Positions 12,192 through 24,962 are shown, counted from the first letter of the stretch. The stretch is 64,000 bases of DNA from Felis catus (GCF_018350175.1 NC_058382.1:55616001-55680000), one strand, 5' to 3'. The notes: a model not told the origin generated them from the letters alone. A program made the numbers and translations.

Positions 12192-13539
12192 CAATGACAA
12201 TTGTTGGGCAGAACCCTACAAGTCCCTGAAGTCTATTGCCTCTGGAGCCCTCACTCTGCTAGGCTGTGACTGTTCTGTCTCCAGCTTCACTGAAGATCAG
12301 TGTTTGCTTCCTGTTTTCTTTCCCACTCCTGTCTCTGCTGTTCTGATGATTTTAAAGAAGGTTCTGCTCTTCCCCCTCTTTTGTCCTGTTCCCTTCCCCC
12401 ACACTTCTCCCAACACCTCTGGCATTTCAGGAATACAAGCAAACCATCAAGAAACTCCCCACAACGGCTGGCCTCTGGTGTCCTGCAGTGAGTGTTACCT
12501 TTGTACAACCACAGGCAGGGACTGCCACCTCTCAGCAGGATGCATTTTCTCCAAATTTGAGGGGAAGTTGTCAAAATAGCTCTCAGCCTCCAGAACCTCT
12601 CCGTCGGTAGGGCAGCAGTGGGCAATCTCACCCTCGCTTTCTGAAAAGAGGATTGTCTCTTCAGCCAAGCCAACTGATGAGAATGGCACACACTGCCCAC
12701 CGGAGAGCTGGCTGTGACCCCAGCTAGTTCTGTAACTATTGTTTGTCATCCCACCAGACAGGCTCTTCCCTCCCCAGCTCTTCAAATGCTGAAAGCTCTG
12801 GGCAGCAATTTCAGCATGATTGAGAAATTGTGAAGGGTAGGCTGTTCTTTTCGGAGTGCAGATGATGGGTGGGGGGCGGGGGAGTCAGGTGTAGACACGT
12901 GTGCTTGGAAAGGAGTGTTCTCGGACCAGGGCACACTTCCATTCCACGGGGTGAAGGGAGGTGGTGGCTACACTGGACAGCCTCCCAGGCCTTCCCCCTG
13001 ATAGAGATGTGTGACGACTCAAAATGCTGCTCAGGACTCAGTGAATCGGTGGCATTTTCTGGCTTTTGTTCTTGTTCCCATTGACTGGTTCCAGTTTGGG
13101 TCCTTGCCAAGCCCTGGCTGGGAATCGGGCTTTCAGTGCTATTGTATTGGCAAGCACGGCTTTTACTAGTTAAATAGTATGTGGAAGAGAAGGCTAATAT
13201 TTGTGGAACACAACTTCATCCCGACTGCAGGGCCTTCCTGGGTGCTGCGTAAATGCTGAATCGATGCAGGACTGGCTGAACTTGCCCTGTGATCCTGTGT
13301 CAGGCCCTGTGTGGCTCACCTCAGTTCATTCTCCGGGGGCAACCATGTCACGTGAGGATTATGACCCCTGTTTTGTAGCAGGAAGCTGAGGCTTACCAAG
13401 AGAAGGCAGTTAATTCAAAATCATGTAATGAGAGAAAGCAGAGTTGAAGTGTCCACCCAGGCCTTTGCCCTTCTATATCATGAGTTCTTTCAACTGTGCT
13501 CCATTGTCAGATCCCAAATAGCAGATCTTTTTTCCTTCT

Positions 13540-13727
13540 TTCCCCCTCTCTCCCTCCTTTCTTGCCTCTTGACTTCCTTTCTGCCACCTTCTCTCTTCCT
13601 TTCATCCCTCCATCCATTCAGCCATATATCTGCCCATCCTTCCTTCCTTCCCTCCTTCCTTCCTTCCTTCCTTCCTTCCTTCCTTCCTTCCTTCCTTCCT
13701 TCCTTCCTTCCTTCCTTCCTTCCTTCA
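13540..13727. repeat. Pyrimidine tract ending in (TTCC)n microsatellite
   Basis: Near-perfect (ttcc)n at ~13636-13727. Confidence 0.95.
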
Positions 13728-13756
13728 TCATGCACTTTTCCAAAAAAGACGCTGAA

Positions 13757-13962
13757 GGGGCGCCTGGGTGCCTCAGTCGGTTAAGCTCCTGACTCTTGAT
13801 TTCGGCTCAGCTCATGATCTCATGGTTCATGAGTTTGAGCTCTGCATCAGGCTCTGTGGTGACAGAGTGGAGCCTGCTTGGGATTCTCTCTCTCCCTCTC
13901 TCTATCCCTCCCCCATATTCTCTCTCTCTCTCTCTCAAAATAAAATTAAAAACAACAACAAC
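13757..13962 (+). mobile_element. Can-SINE
   Basis: ggggcgcctgggtg head, (CT)n, A-rich tail; TSD aaaga(c/a)gctgaag. Confidence 0.95.
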
Positions 13963-14747
13963 AAAGAAGCTGAAGTACCGATTTCTCATTCTACAACTTA
14001 GGGACCTTCTGAATCTAGTCCTGGTGAGAATTATCCTTTGCTTCAAAATCTCTATAACATATCCAGACCGATTTCCTCGTTGTTTCCTGAATAGTCTTAC
14101 TCCTCCCTCCTTCCCCCATCATATTCTTTCTTGGCCATCACCACACCCATCTTCTGGTATTCTAGCTCATGGTGATTTGTCATTCCTGTCACAAATGGAG
14201 GCTGACATTTGTAGAACACTTGCTTTGTACCAGTTACTGTGATAAGCCCATCACTCATATTTACTTAAAGTTTCCCCAATCTGAGGAGAAGGGTGCAACT
14301 GTTGTGTGTGTATTACTGAAGGAGGGAAGTGAGGTCTGGTGTGTTGTTGGGGGGAGTAACCTACTGAAGGAACATGGGTGGTGAGGTGGTTGTGTGACTT
14401 TTCAGTGATCATGTCTTCTGTTGCTACATTTCTTGAGATAGTGCTTTTGAGACAGCCAACTGTTTCACGTGGATATGTCTTATTTCCGAAGAAGATGATG
14501 TGTGTTTTGAGGATAGGCATTACATCTTATAATTCTGCATGTGTTTCCCAGAGTTAAAAGTGTATTTGCTGAGCACACAGTGCCCCCTAACATGATATAA
14601 AACACCCAGAAGTCCATGTGCCTCATTAAGCTACTGGAAAATGTCATTTGGATACTTAGATAACAGATGGAAACATTTTGAATTATAGGAATGTGGAACT
14701 AGAAGAGAGATTTTGGAAAACAACAACCAAACAAAAAAACAGCCCAA

Positions 14748-15170
14748 GTGTATCAGCTGAGGTAAAGTTAGCTTTTGTAACACACAACACAACTTCAGAT
14801 TGGATGGTGCCAAATACGCAGTTAGTATTTATTTTTGGCCCTTGTCAGTGAGCCTTCCTGGCTGGCAGATGGCTCTCCTCCAAGAGGTGACCTGGGGCTC
14901 CAGGCTTCTTTTATCTTGTGGCTCCACTATTTTCCACAGGAGTTCTTGAAGATTATGGTGTTTGTCTACATCAGTCCACAGAGGGGAGTAAGGAGGATGG
15001 AAACTTCCACGTGGGTGCTGTTGGACAGGCCAGCCCCGGACACGGTGCCCATCATGGCCACACGCATCCCATGGCTGGGACTCCCATATGGCACGGCTCC
15101 CTCTGAGAGGGTGGGGAAGGTGGAATGTGTTTTCATGAACCAGGGACGAGGTTTGCTGATCTTTTTGCAA
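14748..15170 (-). mobile_element. Old MaLR LTR (MLT1J-like)
   Basis: tgtatcag...tgtaaca...ccaggcttcttttatcttgtggctcc...cccatatggc. Confidence 0.6.
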
Positions 15171-15839
15171 CCGTCTTTGTGTCAGGTCTGCCTAATACAT
15201 GTGTTCTGCTAACTCCTGTGGGTTGGGACTCGTTTGCAGTGAGGTGTAGAGAGGGATTCTGAGGCCGAATCAATGCTTAGAAAGAAAGGGTATGAGACTT
15301 CTTTGGTTTTGTGTACCAGGTTTGAGGACGGAAGAAGGGCTGTCCCTGATTCTAGTTTGAGTTCCTCATTTTATCTCATTAATGTATTTATCCTACATAT
15401 ATGGGACATTATAGCCAGGTGTTGGGGACACAGAGATGGGTAAGTCATGGGATCCACCTGCGTGGAGGCTAGGTGGCTCAGGAGAGAGAATTTATGAGGA
15501 GTGTGGTCTCTGGGGCAAAGGGATGAGGACAGAGTCCTGTGGGAACACAGAGGAAGGGACCAAGGAGGAGAAGACTGTCCAGGAGTCAGAGACCTGCTCA
15601 CGGTCATACTGTGACTGTGCAGCAGGTGCAGGACAAGAACTCCAAGAGTCCTTATCTACAACACAGGAGACAGCCACCTGCCTCCCCAGATTGGTGGGAG
15701 TAACGCACACACAGCTCACTGTAGCATCTGTCACAGTGTCAGCACTAGGCACACATGTGCTGCTGTTGCTATGCTTGGTCACGAGATTCAGTCTGTCTGC
15801 ACCCAGCAAATGTGAACTGTTCAAGAGCCTCCTATGTGC

Positions 15840-16160
15840 TTTATTCACTTCTCAACAGACAGTTACTGTGCATAGCTACTGTGTGCCAGGCACTGTTCTG
15901 GGAACTGGGAGTAAATCAGTGCCCCAAACAGACACAAATCCCACCTTTGCTGAACTTGCATTCTGGTGTGGGGAAACAGATCATTCATATGATACATAAG
16001 TGAGTCAGAGAGGCTGTGAGCAGGTGGTGGGTGCTAGGAAAATGGCACCTGGTAAGAAGGGTTGGGCATGACTAGCATGGGGAGTGGTGGCAATTAAATA
16101 AATTTTAAAAAGGGGGGAGGGTCAGAGAAGGCTTCACTGCTAAGGTGACACTGGAGCTGA
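15840..16160 (-). mobile_element. L2 3' fragment
   Basis: ttattcac...ctactgtgtgccaggcactgttctggg...ggtcagagaaggcttcactgctaaggtgaca. Confidence 0.7.
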
Positions 16161-16189
16161 TTCCTGTATATTTGCAGGACTTGATTATG

Positions 16190-16310
16190 TCCTCAGAATC
16201 TCCCAAGGTAGATCGAATCATCCCCATTTTGCAGATGAGGGCAGTGAGGCTAGTAGAGGCAAAGCAGCCTGGCCAAGCTCAGCTGAGGGCTGGGATTCAA
16301 ACCAGGCATC
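16190..16310 (-). mobile_element. MIR core
   Basis: atccccattttgcagatgagggcagtgaggc...gctgggattcaaacc. Confidence 0.75.
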
Positions 16311-16999
16311 CGTTTAGGCTGAGAAGGAAGCAGGTGGAAGGGGGTGTGAGTCCATGGTTGGTGGCCTGGTCTGGAGCGTAGGGCTGGATCAGGCAGTGGA
16401 TTCCAGTGGTATCTTTCTTCCGTCCTGTCCTTAATCACATTGTGTTCCCGTGCAGTTTCTTTACTTTTGCACACCACCTCTCTAGATGCAATGAATAATA
16501 TTTGGAGCTGCAAACCAGAGAGCATTTAGTGGTCACGAAGGCTTGATAAAATGTGTACATGGTTTTAAATATTCCATTGTAATGCATGGTAAGGCTCGGT
16601 TAAAAATGAGAGCATGTAAAAGCTTGCCGGGTTTGATTGATGATACACCATCAATATTGATGGCCACGAGCACATTGGGAAGTTGGGATGCTGTATTTCT
16701 GCTGTGTCCTGCTAGCATCCAAGTCTGTAGGGATGATATATCGTGTAAAAGCCTGGGTATCACGCTGCCGTTACACTGACATTAAGTAATGATAATGGGG
16801 CTCAGCCTTAGTTTGAAGTAAAATCAGTTTTGAGTGAAACATGAGCTCACAGAGCCTGTGCTGGTGGGGAGGGGCTGTTCCCAGGGTCGTTTTTGCCCTG
16901 GGGCCTTTCATAACCATGAGGCGTTAGCCACCCCTGCATTTGGGGCTGCTCAGAGGCAGGAGACCAGGGGCAATGCTTGCCCTGCCCGGAGACATCACT

Positions 17000-17242
17000 C
17001 CACGAAATGTTGGAGGCAGAAACTGGAGGGATGCGTCTGCAAGCCAACCACAGACTGCTGGCAATACCAGAAGCCGGGAGAGGCAAGGGAGGATCCTTCC
17101 CTAAAGCCCGCAGAGGGGTTGGGGCTATGCCAGCACCTAATTTTAGGCTTCTGATATCCAGAGATGTGAAAGGAACAATTTCTGTTGTTTTAAACCATCC
17201 AGTTTGTGGCAATTTGTTATACTAGCCTTAGGAGACTAATAG
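17000..17242 (+). mobile_element. MaLR LTR 3' half (MLT1B/C-like)
   Basis: caagccaa...ccagaagc...atttctgttgttttaaaccatccagtttgtggcaatttgtta...actaata. Confidence 0.8.
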
Positions 17243-17249
17243 AAACACT

Positions 17250-17430
17250 TTAGCTGTGTGACCTTGGGCAAGTTACGGAAACTTTGTATGCCTGTTTCTT
17301 CATCTGCAAAATGGGATGGCTATAGTTCCTGTTTCATAGGGCATTGTGAAGATTAAGTGAGGAAATCCATGTGGGGAACGCAGAACTGTGCCTGCCATAT
17401 AATAAATACCCATTAAATTTTGTTATTGTT
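17250..17430 (+). mobile_element. MIR
   Basis: tagctgtgtgaccttgggcaagtta...tttcttcatctgcaaaatggg...ttgtgaagattaagtga. Confidence 0.85.
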
Positions 17431-17448
17431 CCTGCCATTCTCTTTCCA

Positions 17449-17849
17449 TTATTATTATTATTGTTATTATTATTTATTGAGAGAGAATCAGAGAGCTAGA
17501 GAGCAGAGGAGGGAGAGGGGAAGAGAGAGGGAATCTTTTTCTTTCCTTTTTTTTTGAAATTTATTTTATTTTGAGAGACAGAGAACACGAGCAAGGGAGG
17601 GGCAGAGAGAGAGAGAGAGAGTCCTAAGCAGACTCTGCACTGTCAGCCCAGAGCCCAATGTGGGGCTCAAATTCATGAACCATGAGATCATGACCTGAAT
17701 CAGACGTTTAACCGACTGAACCACCCAGCCTCCCGAGAGAGAAAATCTTAAGTAGAGCTTGTCTCGGGGCTTGATCTCACAACCGTGAGGTCATGACCTA
17801 AGCCGAAATCAAGTCGGACACTCAACCAAATGAGCCACCCAGGTGCCCC
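17449..17849 (-). mobile_element. Can-SINE (outer) split by a second SINE
   Basis: Tail and (GA) at 17449-17537, head at 17750-17849; flanking ctctttcc repeats. Confidence 0.85.
17538..17734 (-). mobile_element. Can-SINE (inner, nested)
   Basis: TSD gagagag(gg/aa)aatctt at 17523-17537 / 17735-17749. Confidence 0.9.
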
Positions 17850-17934
17850 TCTTTCCTTTATCATTTAGTGATTCCACCTCTGTTAGCTCATTACACATGA
17901 CAGTATAATTTCTTTTTCTAAACTGCCCTCAGAG

Positions 17935-18275
17935 CAGTGTGGTCTAATATTATCCTCATTTTACAGATGCAGAATGGCTCAGGGAGATGATTTTATTTTC
18001 CAGGGACACACAGCTGACCTGTGGGAGAGTTGGGCTTAGAACTCAGAATGCTATGAGTTCAAATGTAGAGTTCTTTCTACTAACAGTGACATCCATGTGC
18101 AAAGCAAGCACTGTACTAAGACTTAACCTGCATTCCTTCTAAATTTTTACAGTAATCCTATCAGGTAGGTTTCATTGTTATCCCATTTGACAGATAAAAG
18201 GACAGAGACTCAGAGGGATTTAGGAAGTGTCCCCAAATCACATGGGTAACAAGTGGTACAGTCAGTATTGTTACC
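17935..18275 (-). mobile_element. Two tandem MIR fragments
   Basis: tatcctcattttacagatg... and tatcccatttgacagataaaaggacagagactcagagg. Confidence 0.75.
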
Positions 18276-18276
18276 T

Positions 18277-18472
18277 GTGATAGGCCAAATTATGGACCCA
18301 CAGATAGCCAGGGCCTAATCCCTGGAATCTGAGAATGTTAATTTATATGGCAAAAGGGACTTTGCAGATGTGATTAAGGATCTTGAGCTGGGAAGGTTTC
18401 CTTGGGTCTCTGGAAGGGGACCGTAAATGTAATCGATAGTGTCTTAAAATTTTTTTTTAATGTTTATTTATT

Positions 18473-18520
<48 letters not shown>

Positions 18521-19033
18521 CACGTGTGCGTGCATGGTGGGAGGGGCAGAGAAAGAAGGAGATACAGAATCCGAAGTAGGTTCCGGGTTCTGAGCTGTTA
18601 GCACAGAGCCGGACGTGAGGTTCAAACTCACAAACTGTGAGATCACGACCTGAGCCAAAGTCGCAGGCTTAACCTACTGAGCCACCCAGGCACCCCATTA
18701 GCGTCTTTAGAAGAGGGAGATTTGACTGCAGGAGAGAAATGGTGTGATGACAACAGAGGCAGCGAGATTTGAAGTTGTTGTGTGCTGTTGGCTTTGAAGA
18801 TAGAGCAAGAGACTCTGAGCTGAGAAATGCAAGGAGGCAGCTCTCAAAGCTGCACACTGCAAGGAAATGAAGTTTCTTTAGACCCTCTGTAAGGACTGTG
18901 GCCCAACAGCTTGGTTTTGGCCCGGCGGGACTTATTTTGGATTTCTGGCCCCCAGAACTGTAGGAGATAGCTGTGTTCTTTTGAGCCACTAGGTTTACTG
19001 TAATTTGTTACAGCAACAAGGCGAAATGCATAC
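18277..19033 (+). mobile_element. MLT1D-like LTR interrupted by a SINE
   Basis: ctaatccctggaatctg...atatggcaaaagggactttgcagatgtgattaagg...gctggctttgaaga-like motif...taatttgttacagcaac. Confidence 0.85.
18447..18696 (-). mobile_element. Can-SINE with (GA)n
   Basis: Full SINE body inside the MLT1D-like LTR. Confidence 0.95.
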
Positions 19034-19469
19034 CTTATGTACCTTTCTGACTCTAGATCTGTTTGTTAACTTCTACACCTCCATTCAACATTGGTCCTCA
19101 GTAAACTCCTGGCTTTGATGTGTCTGCATTAGTGGCCACTGGAATTGACAGCTGGCATGTAGATTTCAGGCGGGGACCACCTGGGCTGCTCCTTCAGTGT
19201 CACTACAAGTGACAGTCTGAGGGGTCAGTGTTTTTTGCTACTGGTGGCAGAGCCCACAGAGGGGTCTGCATCCTCTAAGCACCATTAATGGATCTGGCTG
19301 CTGGTCCCAAATTTTTCTTCTTCCTCCCTGGGAAGCCATGGCCCTCACCAGCAGCCTCTGTCTTAAACCAGGCTAGTATTGTAACCAGATGGGGTACTAA
19401 AGAAGTTCAGGTTTAGAGCTATGGACCAGGTGACCCTCAATGTTGGTTTCTAGCTCCTACCTTGTTTCT

Positions 19470-19690
19470 TGGGAAGGTAGCGTGATGCAATAGAAGGGAC
19501 TTGATCTTCAGAGTTGGACATGGGATCAAATCCCTGCCCTGCTGTTGATTGCCTGGTGGCCTGGGGTAAGTCATTTAATATCTCTATGCCTTCACTTCCT
19601 CAGCTGCAAGATCAGAATAACCAGCCTACCATGTGAGATTTTAAGAAACACAAAGAGAGAGGGGCATTTGGCACATGATTAATTGGGGGA
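19470..19690 (+). mobile_element. MIR
   Basis: gggatcaaatcc...ggtaagtcatttaatatctctatgccttcacttcctcagctgcaa. Confidence 0.7.
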
Positions 19691-20221
19691 AGGTAGTGCC
19701 TTCCTCTTCTCTATATTTACTTTGTCTCCTGTTATGGAACCTGGGGACCTATCTTTGGCCTTCTGGGTTGCAGCCCTGACTCCTGACTCTACTCCTTAAT
19801 TGGGTTTTTCCTAGGTAGGTAGCCTGCCTTGCTTGGTCTGGAACTCACATTCAGGTCATGAGCAGACCCCTTGCTTGCTGACATCAGCAATGCATGGTGC
19901 TGCTTTCTCTACCTTTTGTGGCTGTTGGGGTCCTTTCTGGAATTCTCCTCTGCCCATCCGCCCAGAGCCTCTCCTATGTATTAATTGGGAATTTTTAGCA
20001 GCAAGAAACAAAAGCTCTAACTCGGCTAGTTTGAAAAGTAGATAAGAGCTCTTATTTTCCATAATTAGAAATCCTGGATGGGTGAAAAACTCAGGTTTTT
20101 TCCTACCATTTTTCTCTGACAATCTTTGCATAATGACTTACCTTTCAGCCTTGCCTTTCCCTTGGTAGCAAAATGATCCAAGTACCACATCCAAATATGA
20201 ATGTCCTGTAGAAGAGAGGCC

Positions 20222-20360
20222 TGCTTTCCCTTCCTTTCCTCCTTCCTTCCCTCCTCCCTTTCTTTCCTTCTTTCCTGCCTTTATTTCTCCCTCCCTCTCT
20301 TCCTTCCCCTCCTTTCTTCCTTTCCTTCCTCTCCTTCGGTCTCTTCTTTTCTTTCTGGGT
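20222..20360. repeat. CT-rich low-complexity tract inside an old MaLR-like LTR (~19977-20590)
   Basis: Almost pure pyrimidine run; upstream tgtattaattgggaatttttagcagcaagaaacaaaa resembles an MLT1 terminus in reverse. Confidence 0.7.
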
Positions 20361-23300
20361 AAAAGAAAACCTTTCCCAGATGCTCTCCCAAGCCCTCCTG
20401 TCAAGTCTCATTGACCAGCGTTGTGTCACTGGCAGAGGAATTGGAACACTGTGATTGGCTTAGACCATGCATAATTTCCTTCCTGGGAGGAGAACTGGGG
20501 TCCTCCTCTCTTGAGGCACATGGCCAAGTAAAGAGGGAGCAGCTACCTGAGCAAAATTGGAGTTTTTTCAGGAAGGGTGAATGGCTGTTGGGTAGGCAGC
20601 CAACAGTGTTTGACTCATGCGATTCTTGGCATGTGCTTGGATTTCCCCCTATGCACCAGAAGTTCTGCCTAATCTCAAATTCAGAGATGGAGATCACAGC
20701 ACTCACCGTAAGCGCTAACTTGAATTGACCAGTAGCGAATACTTGGAATACGATGTTGAGGATTCTGCCCACATCTGGACTCAGTGAGAAAGACAGCCAT
20801 GATTGATTAACAATGTCTGCCAGGGGTGTGTGTCTGTCGGGGTAGGTACTTAGCAGGAAAAGTTTCTTCCTTTAAAAAAAATTGTTTTTAATACCTAGGC
20901 TTTGTCTTCCTAGACTGTTGTACTTCCCCGAGGACTCCTTGTGATTCTAGTTTTTAGAAACCGTGTTTATATATTTCACAGGCAAATGTGTTGCAGAAAT
21001 TGATGCGCCATTTATAAACAGGATCTTTGTCTCTCTGACTCCTGTCAGCCCTTTCTCAGAGCTCCTGAGAAGGGGCCGCAGGTCTCTGGCTTCTTCTTCA
21101 TTGAATTCAGGCAGGATTCAGTAGCAAGCTGAAAATCTAGGGAAGCTGCCCTGCGTTGTTCATGACATCAGTGCATGGCTGGTGATGCAGAGGTGGAAGA
21201 TGTGACAGGAACAGCTCAGAGTGTTCAACTTCAAAAGGGGTACCTGAAACCCATCTTTCTTGTGCAGAGACGTCTTTCCCACTAAAGGCAAATTTGTATG
21301 CACTTGTAATTCTGCAGTTCTGGGTCAGCCAAATGAGGAGTATTTTAATTTTAAAATCTTAGCCAATTATCAAGAGGGTGGCTTTCTTCTGGGTATCAAC
21401 GGCACCATCTCTGTAACAGCCTTTGCTTCCCTCCTCTCTGCTTATCTTTGGAGACTAGCCGAGCCCAGCTGCCTCATAGATGCGATCTCCCCAGGCATAC
21501 TAATAATGGGGATTTTTTTTTCCAGAGCAAGTTTTCATTATTTTGGGTTTTTGTCTGTTTGTCACATGTCTGACTAATTTCTCTTTGTTTTTGAAACAAA
21601 GGGTGGCTCTAGGAAAATGGAATTTCGGTGATACATTTATGTTGTTTTTGAATTCCTCCTTCCTCTTCCCTTTCTCTCTGTATAGTAAATGAAAAGTAGT
21701 TTTTTTTTTCAGGTTATGTTTGACAAATCTCTGGACACAGTCAGATAATTTTGCATTTCTAGACTCAGTGAACCACATGACAAAAGTTAATTAAACTGGC
21801 TGGGATAGGAGTATCTGCTGGTAGATCAGGAAAGCTGTCACATTTCTCTGAATAATCACAACCAACTTAGACACCTCAGTACTCCTTGTTGTTGCTTAAT
21901 AAATACACCACTTGGTACTTAGAGGTACCTATAAGCCACTGTTGTCTTAAATTGCCATTAAAATCATTAAGTTATTTTATATATGCATCAACTCATTGCT
22001 GTTTCTTTCTCCCTCCAAACCTTAGTCTGAAAAACTCCCCATGTACCCAGTCCATATATTGATGGTTATATTGTGTATCTAGAGAGTGATCGTGTCTTAC
22101 TAACCACTTTGCCTTGGGATGGGTCCAGGCATTATTGTTTAGAATCCGTGCATTAGAATCCGTGCATATGATTCTGTCACGCAGCCAGTCTGAGAACCTC
22201 TAACATGAGAATCCTACCGTGTAGCATTCTGGATGGGCTGCGCTGTGCTACAGTAACAGTTGTTTAAGTCTCTCTGACCTAACACAATGCAGGGTGACTT
22301 GTTGATCTTTCATGTCTGTGGTGGGTTGGCTGAGGGCTCTGCTCTGCGTTTCCTGCCCACTCATGCTGATGGGGCTCACAGTCTGGAGCATCACCTGTGG
22401 CCATGGCGTGGAGAAACGAACATAGCAAGTGATGTCAGCACCTGCCTCATCTATTGTGCTAGTACACACCTAGAAAGTATGTGGCACATTACTATTTATT
22501 AAACACTCACTGTTATTAATATTATTATTGTTATTCTAATAACTTTTCATATGTTAGCATGATTAAAGGGTACAACAAGGGAATGGGGGGTTTCACAATC
22601 TTTGCAGACTTTAAGCATTAGACTAGTTTTTATCCTGGTTGATTATATTATTCATCTTCTTTGAATTGAGGGTCTTAGTCTAATTGAACTTTAGAAGTGC
22701 GCTCTGTCCCCACCCCTACCCCTGCCCCATCAATCACTTAAAAAAATCTAAACCCCAGGGCAGTAATGAAATTGCCTGATGGTTCGAGAAAAAAAATCAC
22801 AGACAAGTTTTTCAAGCATGCCACATCAACCCCAGGTGACTTCCCTGATGAGTATGTCAATGATGGAGGTACAGAATTTAAGCCAAATAGATTTGAGATC
22901 TGAAATTGGACCCTTGGAACAAGCTTTCTGTACATCTGTGTCTCTGACAGCCCCCAGGGTAGATGTGCATCTGGGAAGCAGCAGCAGTTTCTGCACTGTG
23001 TATTTGTGCTGAGAGGCTGGTGCTAGACAGCATTTGTAAATAGGAGAAGAAGCACCCAGGGTCACAGCATGGAGATGTGCATGGTCAGGTGGTTAGCCTA
23101 AAGAGGTGGCTGTCCTTTTTCAGAGCTTCTGCATTCAGTTCAGAGATACATTTGTGACCATGCTCCCTGGGAGGTAGGCAACTACTCACCTGTATCCAGC
23201 CCAGCCCTTGTGGCAGGGGGTCCTAGCTTTAGCACGGGTCTGAGCCATTTGCCCAATAGTTAGTGGAGATGTGGTGTAATTTGGCCCAGACAAGCAGAGT

Positions 23301-23574
23301 AACTTCAGCATAAGAGAAATAATTATCTCATAAGTAAGTAAATCCATTCTAATAATTGAACAGGACTCCAAGAGGGAACCTTCACGATCCTACTAAGGAA
23401 ACTTTTTACAAAGAGCAAGTCTAAGGTTGCTGATGGAGAATGCCAATTTGTGAATACGCCTGGCCCCAAACTAGGCCTGTACATCACTGTTAGCTCTGAT
23501 TAGGGCTGTACTGAAAAATGAGGTGAGCAGGTGCAAACTGTGTACAGTCCAAGGCCTGTGACTTGGGGACAATG

Positions 23575-23805
23575 AACATCATAATTGCATGTACTTACCG
23601 AGCACTTGCTCCCTACCACGCCTATTTTACATGTACTAATTCATTTGTTGCTCATCTTAGGTCAGTACTGTTAATGTCCTCATTTTCCAGGTGAGGAAGG
23701 AAGGCACAGAGAGGCAAGGCCACTTGCCTGTGTTCTTAGGATGAGAAATTGGCTGAGGATGCCCTCAGGAATTCTGACCAGAACACACAGACTCTTTGCT
23801 ACCAT
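23575..23805 (-). mobile_element. MIR
   Basis: tgtcctcattttccaggtgaggaaggaaggcacagagagg...cacttgcc. Confidence 0.75.
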
Positions 23806-24354
23806 GTGGTTAAGTGATGATGTGGCAAATATGGACACACATTGAAATGAGCAGTAAGGGGCACACAGGCAGTTGTAGTCAAGGCCTTAGTTATGAGGAG
23901 CAGAAACCCTGACTAGGAAAGGGGAGGGAAATAGATTATAAGGCAAGACTCTCATGAATGTCTAGGGCAGGGAAAGCAGCTGAGCCATGGGGCAGTTGGA
24001 ACGGTTTTCCTCTTTTGCCCCTCTTGGGTCACAGGTTGGAGCTTGTGGAGCAGATGTCTGCCTCCCTTTCTGTGCCTGCTGGATTCTTTCTGGGGGCCAG
24101 CTCTCTCAGCCTCTTCACTTCTCCCTGTGGCTTTCAGTGGAGCTCACTGCAGGTCTGGTTCTACACACCTCTTAGCCCCAGAGTCTCCTCCACTGACAAC
24201 GGGGCTGCCAATTAAGTCAAGAGGGAGAACCTGATTGGCTCAACCCAGCCAATGCACTGGCTTCTCTTGAGTCAGGTGACCATCATCCTCCAACTTCTAT
24301 AAACATCTAGGTGGTGAGGGGGAGGTCTGAGAGTAGAGGTTCCTAAACTTTTCA

Positions 24355-24440
24355 TTAAAAAATTTTTTTTCTAAATGTTTCTGTATTTTTGAGAAAGAGA
24401 GAGAGTGAGCATGAGCAGGGGGGTGGGGGGCAGAGGAGGA

Positions 24441-24490
<50 letters not shown>

Positions 24491-24620
24491 GGAGATACAG
24501 AATTCATGGCAGGTTCCAGGTTCTGAGCTGTCAGCACAGAGCCCGACATGGGGCTTGAATTCACCAACTGCAAGATCATTACCTGAGCTGAAGTCTGACG
24601 CTTAACTGACTGAGCCACCC
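24355..24620 (-). mobile_element. Can-SINE with (GA)n; 5' end abuts a C-rich tract
   Basis: SINE body to ...tgagccaccc; normal aggcgcccc head absent. Confidence 0.92.
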
Positions 24621-24736
24621 GCCCCCCCCCGCCCTGCCCTCCCCACTCCCCCCCACACCCCCCACTCCATAATTTTTTTTTTTAAAGCAAGAAAGCCTTG
24701 GTGAAACCTGTAGACCTCTCCTCTGAATAACGTTTT

Positions 24737-24962
24737 GTTTTTTTTTTTAATTTTTTTTCAACGTTTTTTATTTATTTTTGGGACAGAGAGAGACAGAGCT
24801 TGAACGGGGGAGGGGCAGAGAGAGGGAGACACAGAATCGGAAACAGGCTCCAGGCTCTGAGCCATCAGCCCAGAGCCTGACGCGGGGCTCGAACTCATGG
24901 ACCGCGAGATCGTGACCTGGCTGAAGTCGGACGCTTAACCGACTGCGCCACCCAGGCGCCCC
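24737..24962 (-). mobile_element. Young felid SINEC_Fc-type SINE
   Basis: CpG-rich; perfect TSD tgaataacgtttt (24724-24736 / 24963-24975). Confidence 0.97.

Noticed and set aside
13428..13792. PSFL/EGRK repeat ORFs (also 41518-42011 and 20138-20429)
   Set aside because: Translations of (TTCC)n microsatellites
21700..21860. Second CR1/L3 fragment (ctggtagatcagg, tttgacaaa words)
   Set aside because: Only short word matches in the wrong order; no colinear RT translation found
22830..22875. Possible micro-exon cccag|GTGACTTCCCTGATGAGTATGTCAATGATGGAG|gtacag
   Set aside because: Poor polypyrimidine tract, and context resembles the MER5 ccccaggtgattctgat motif
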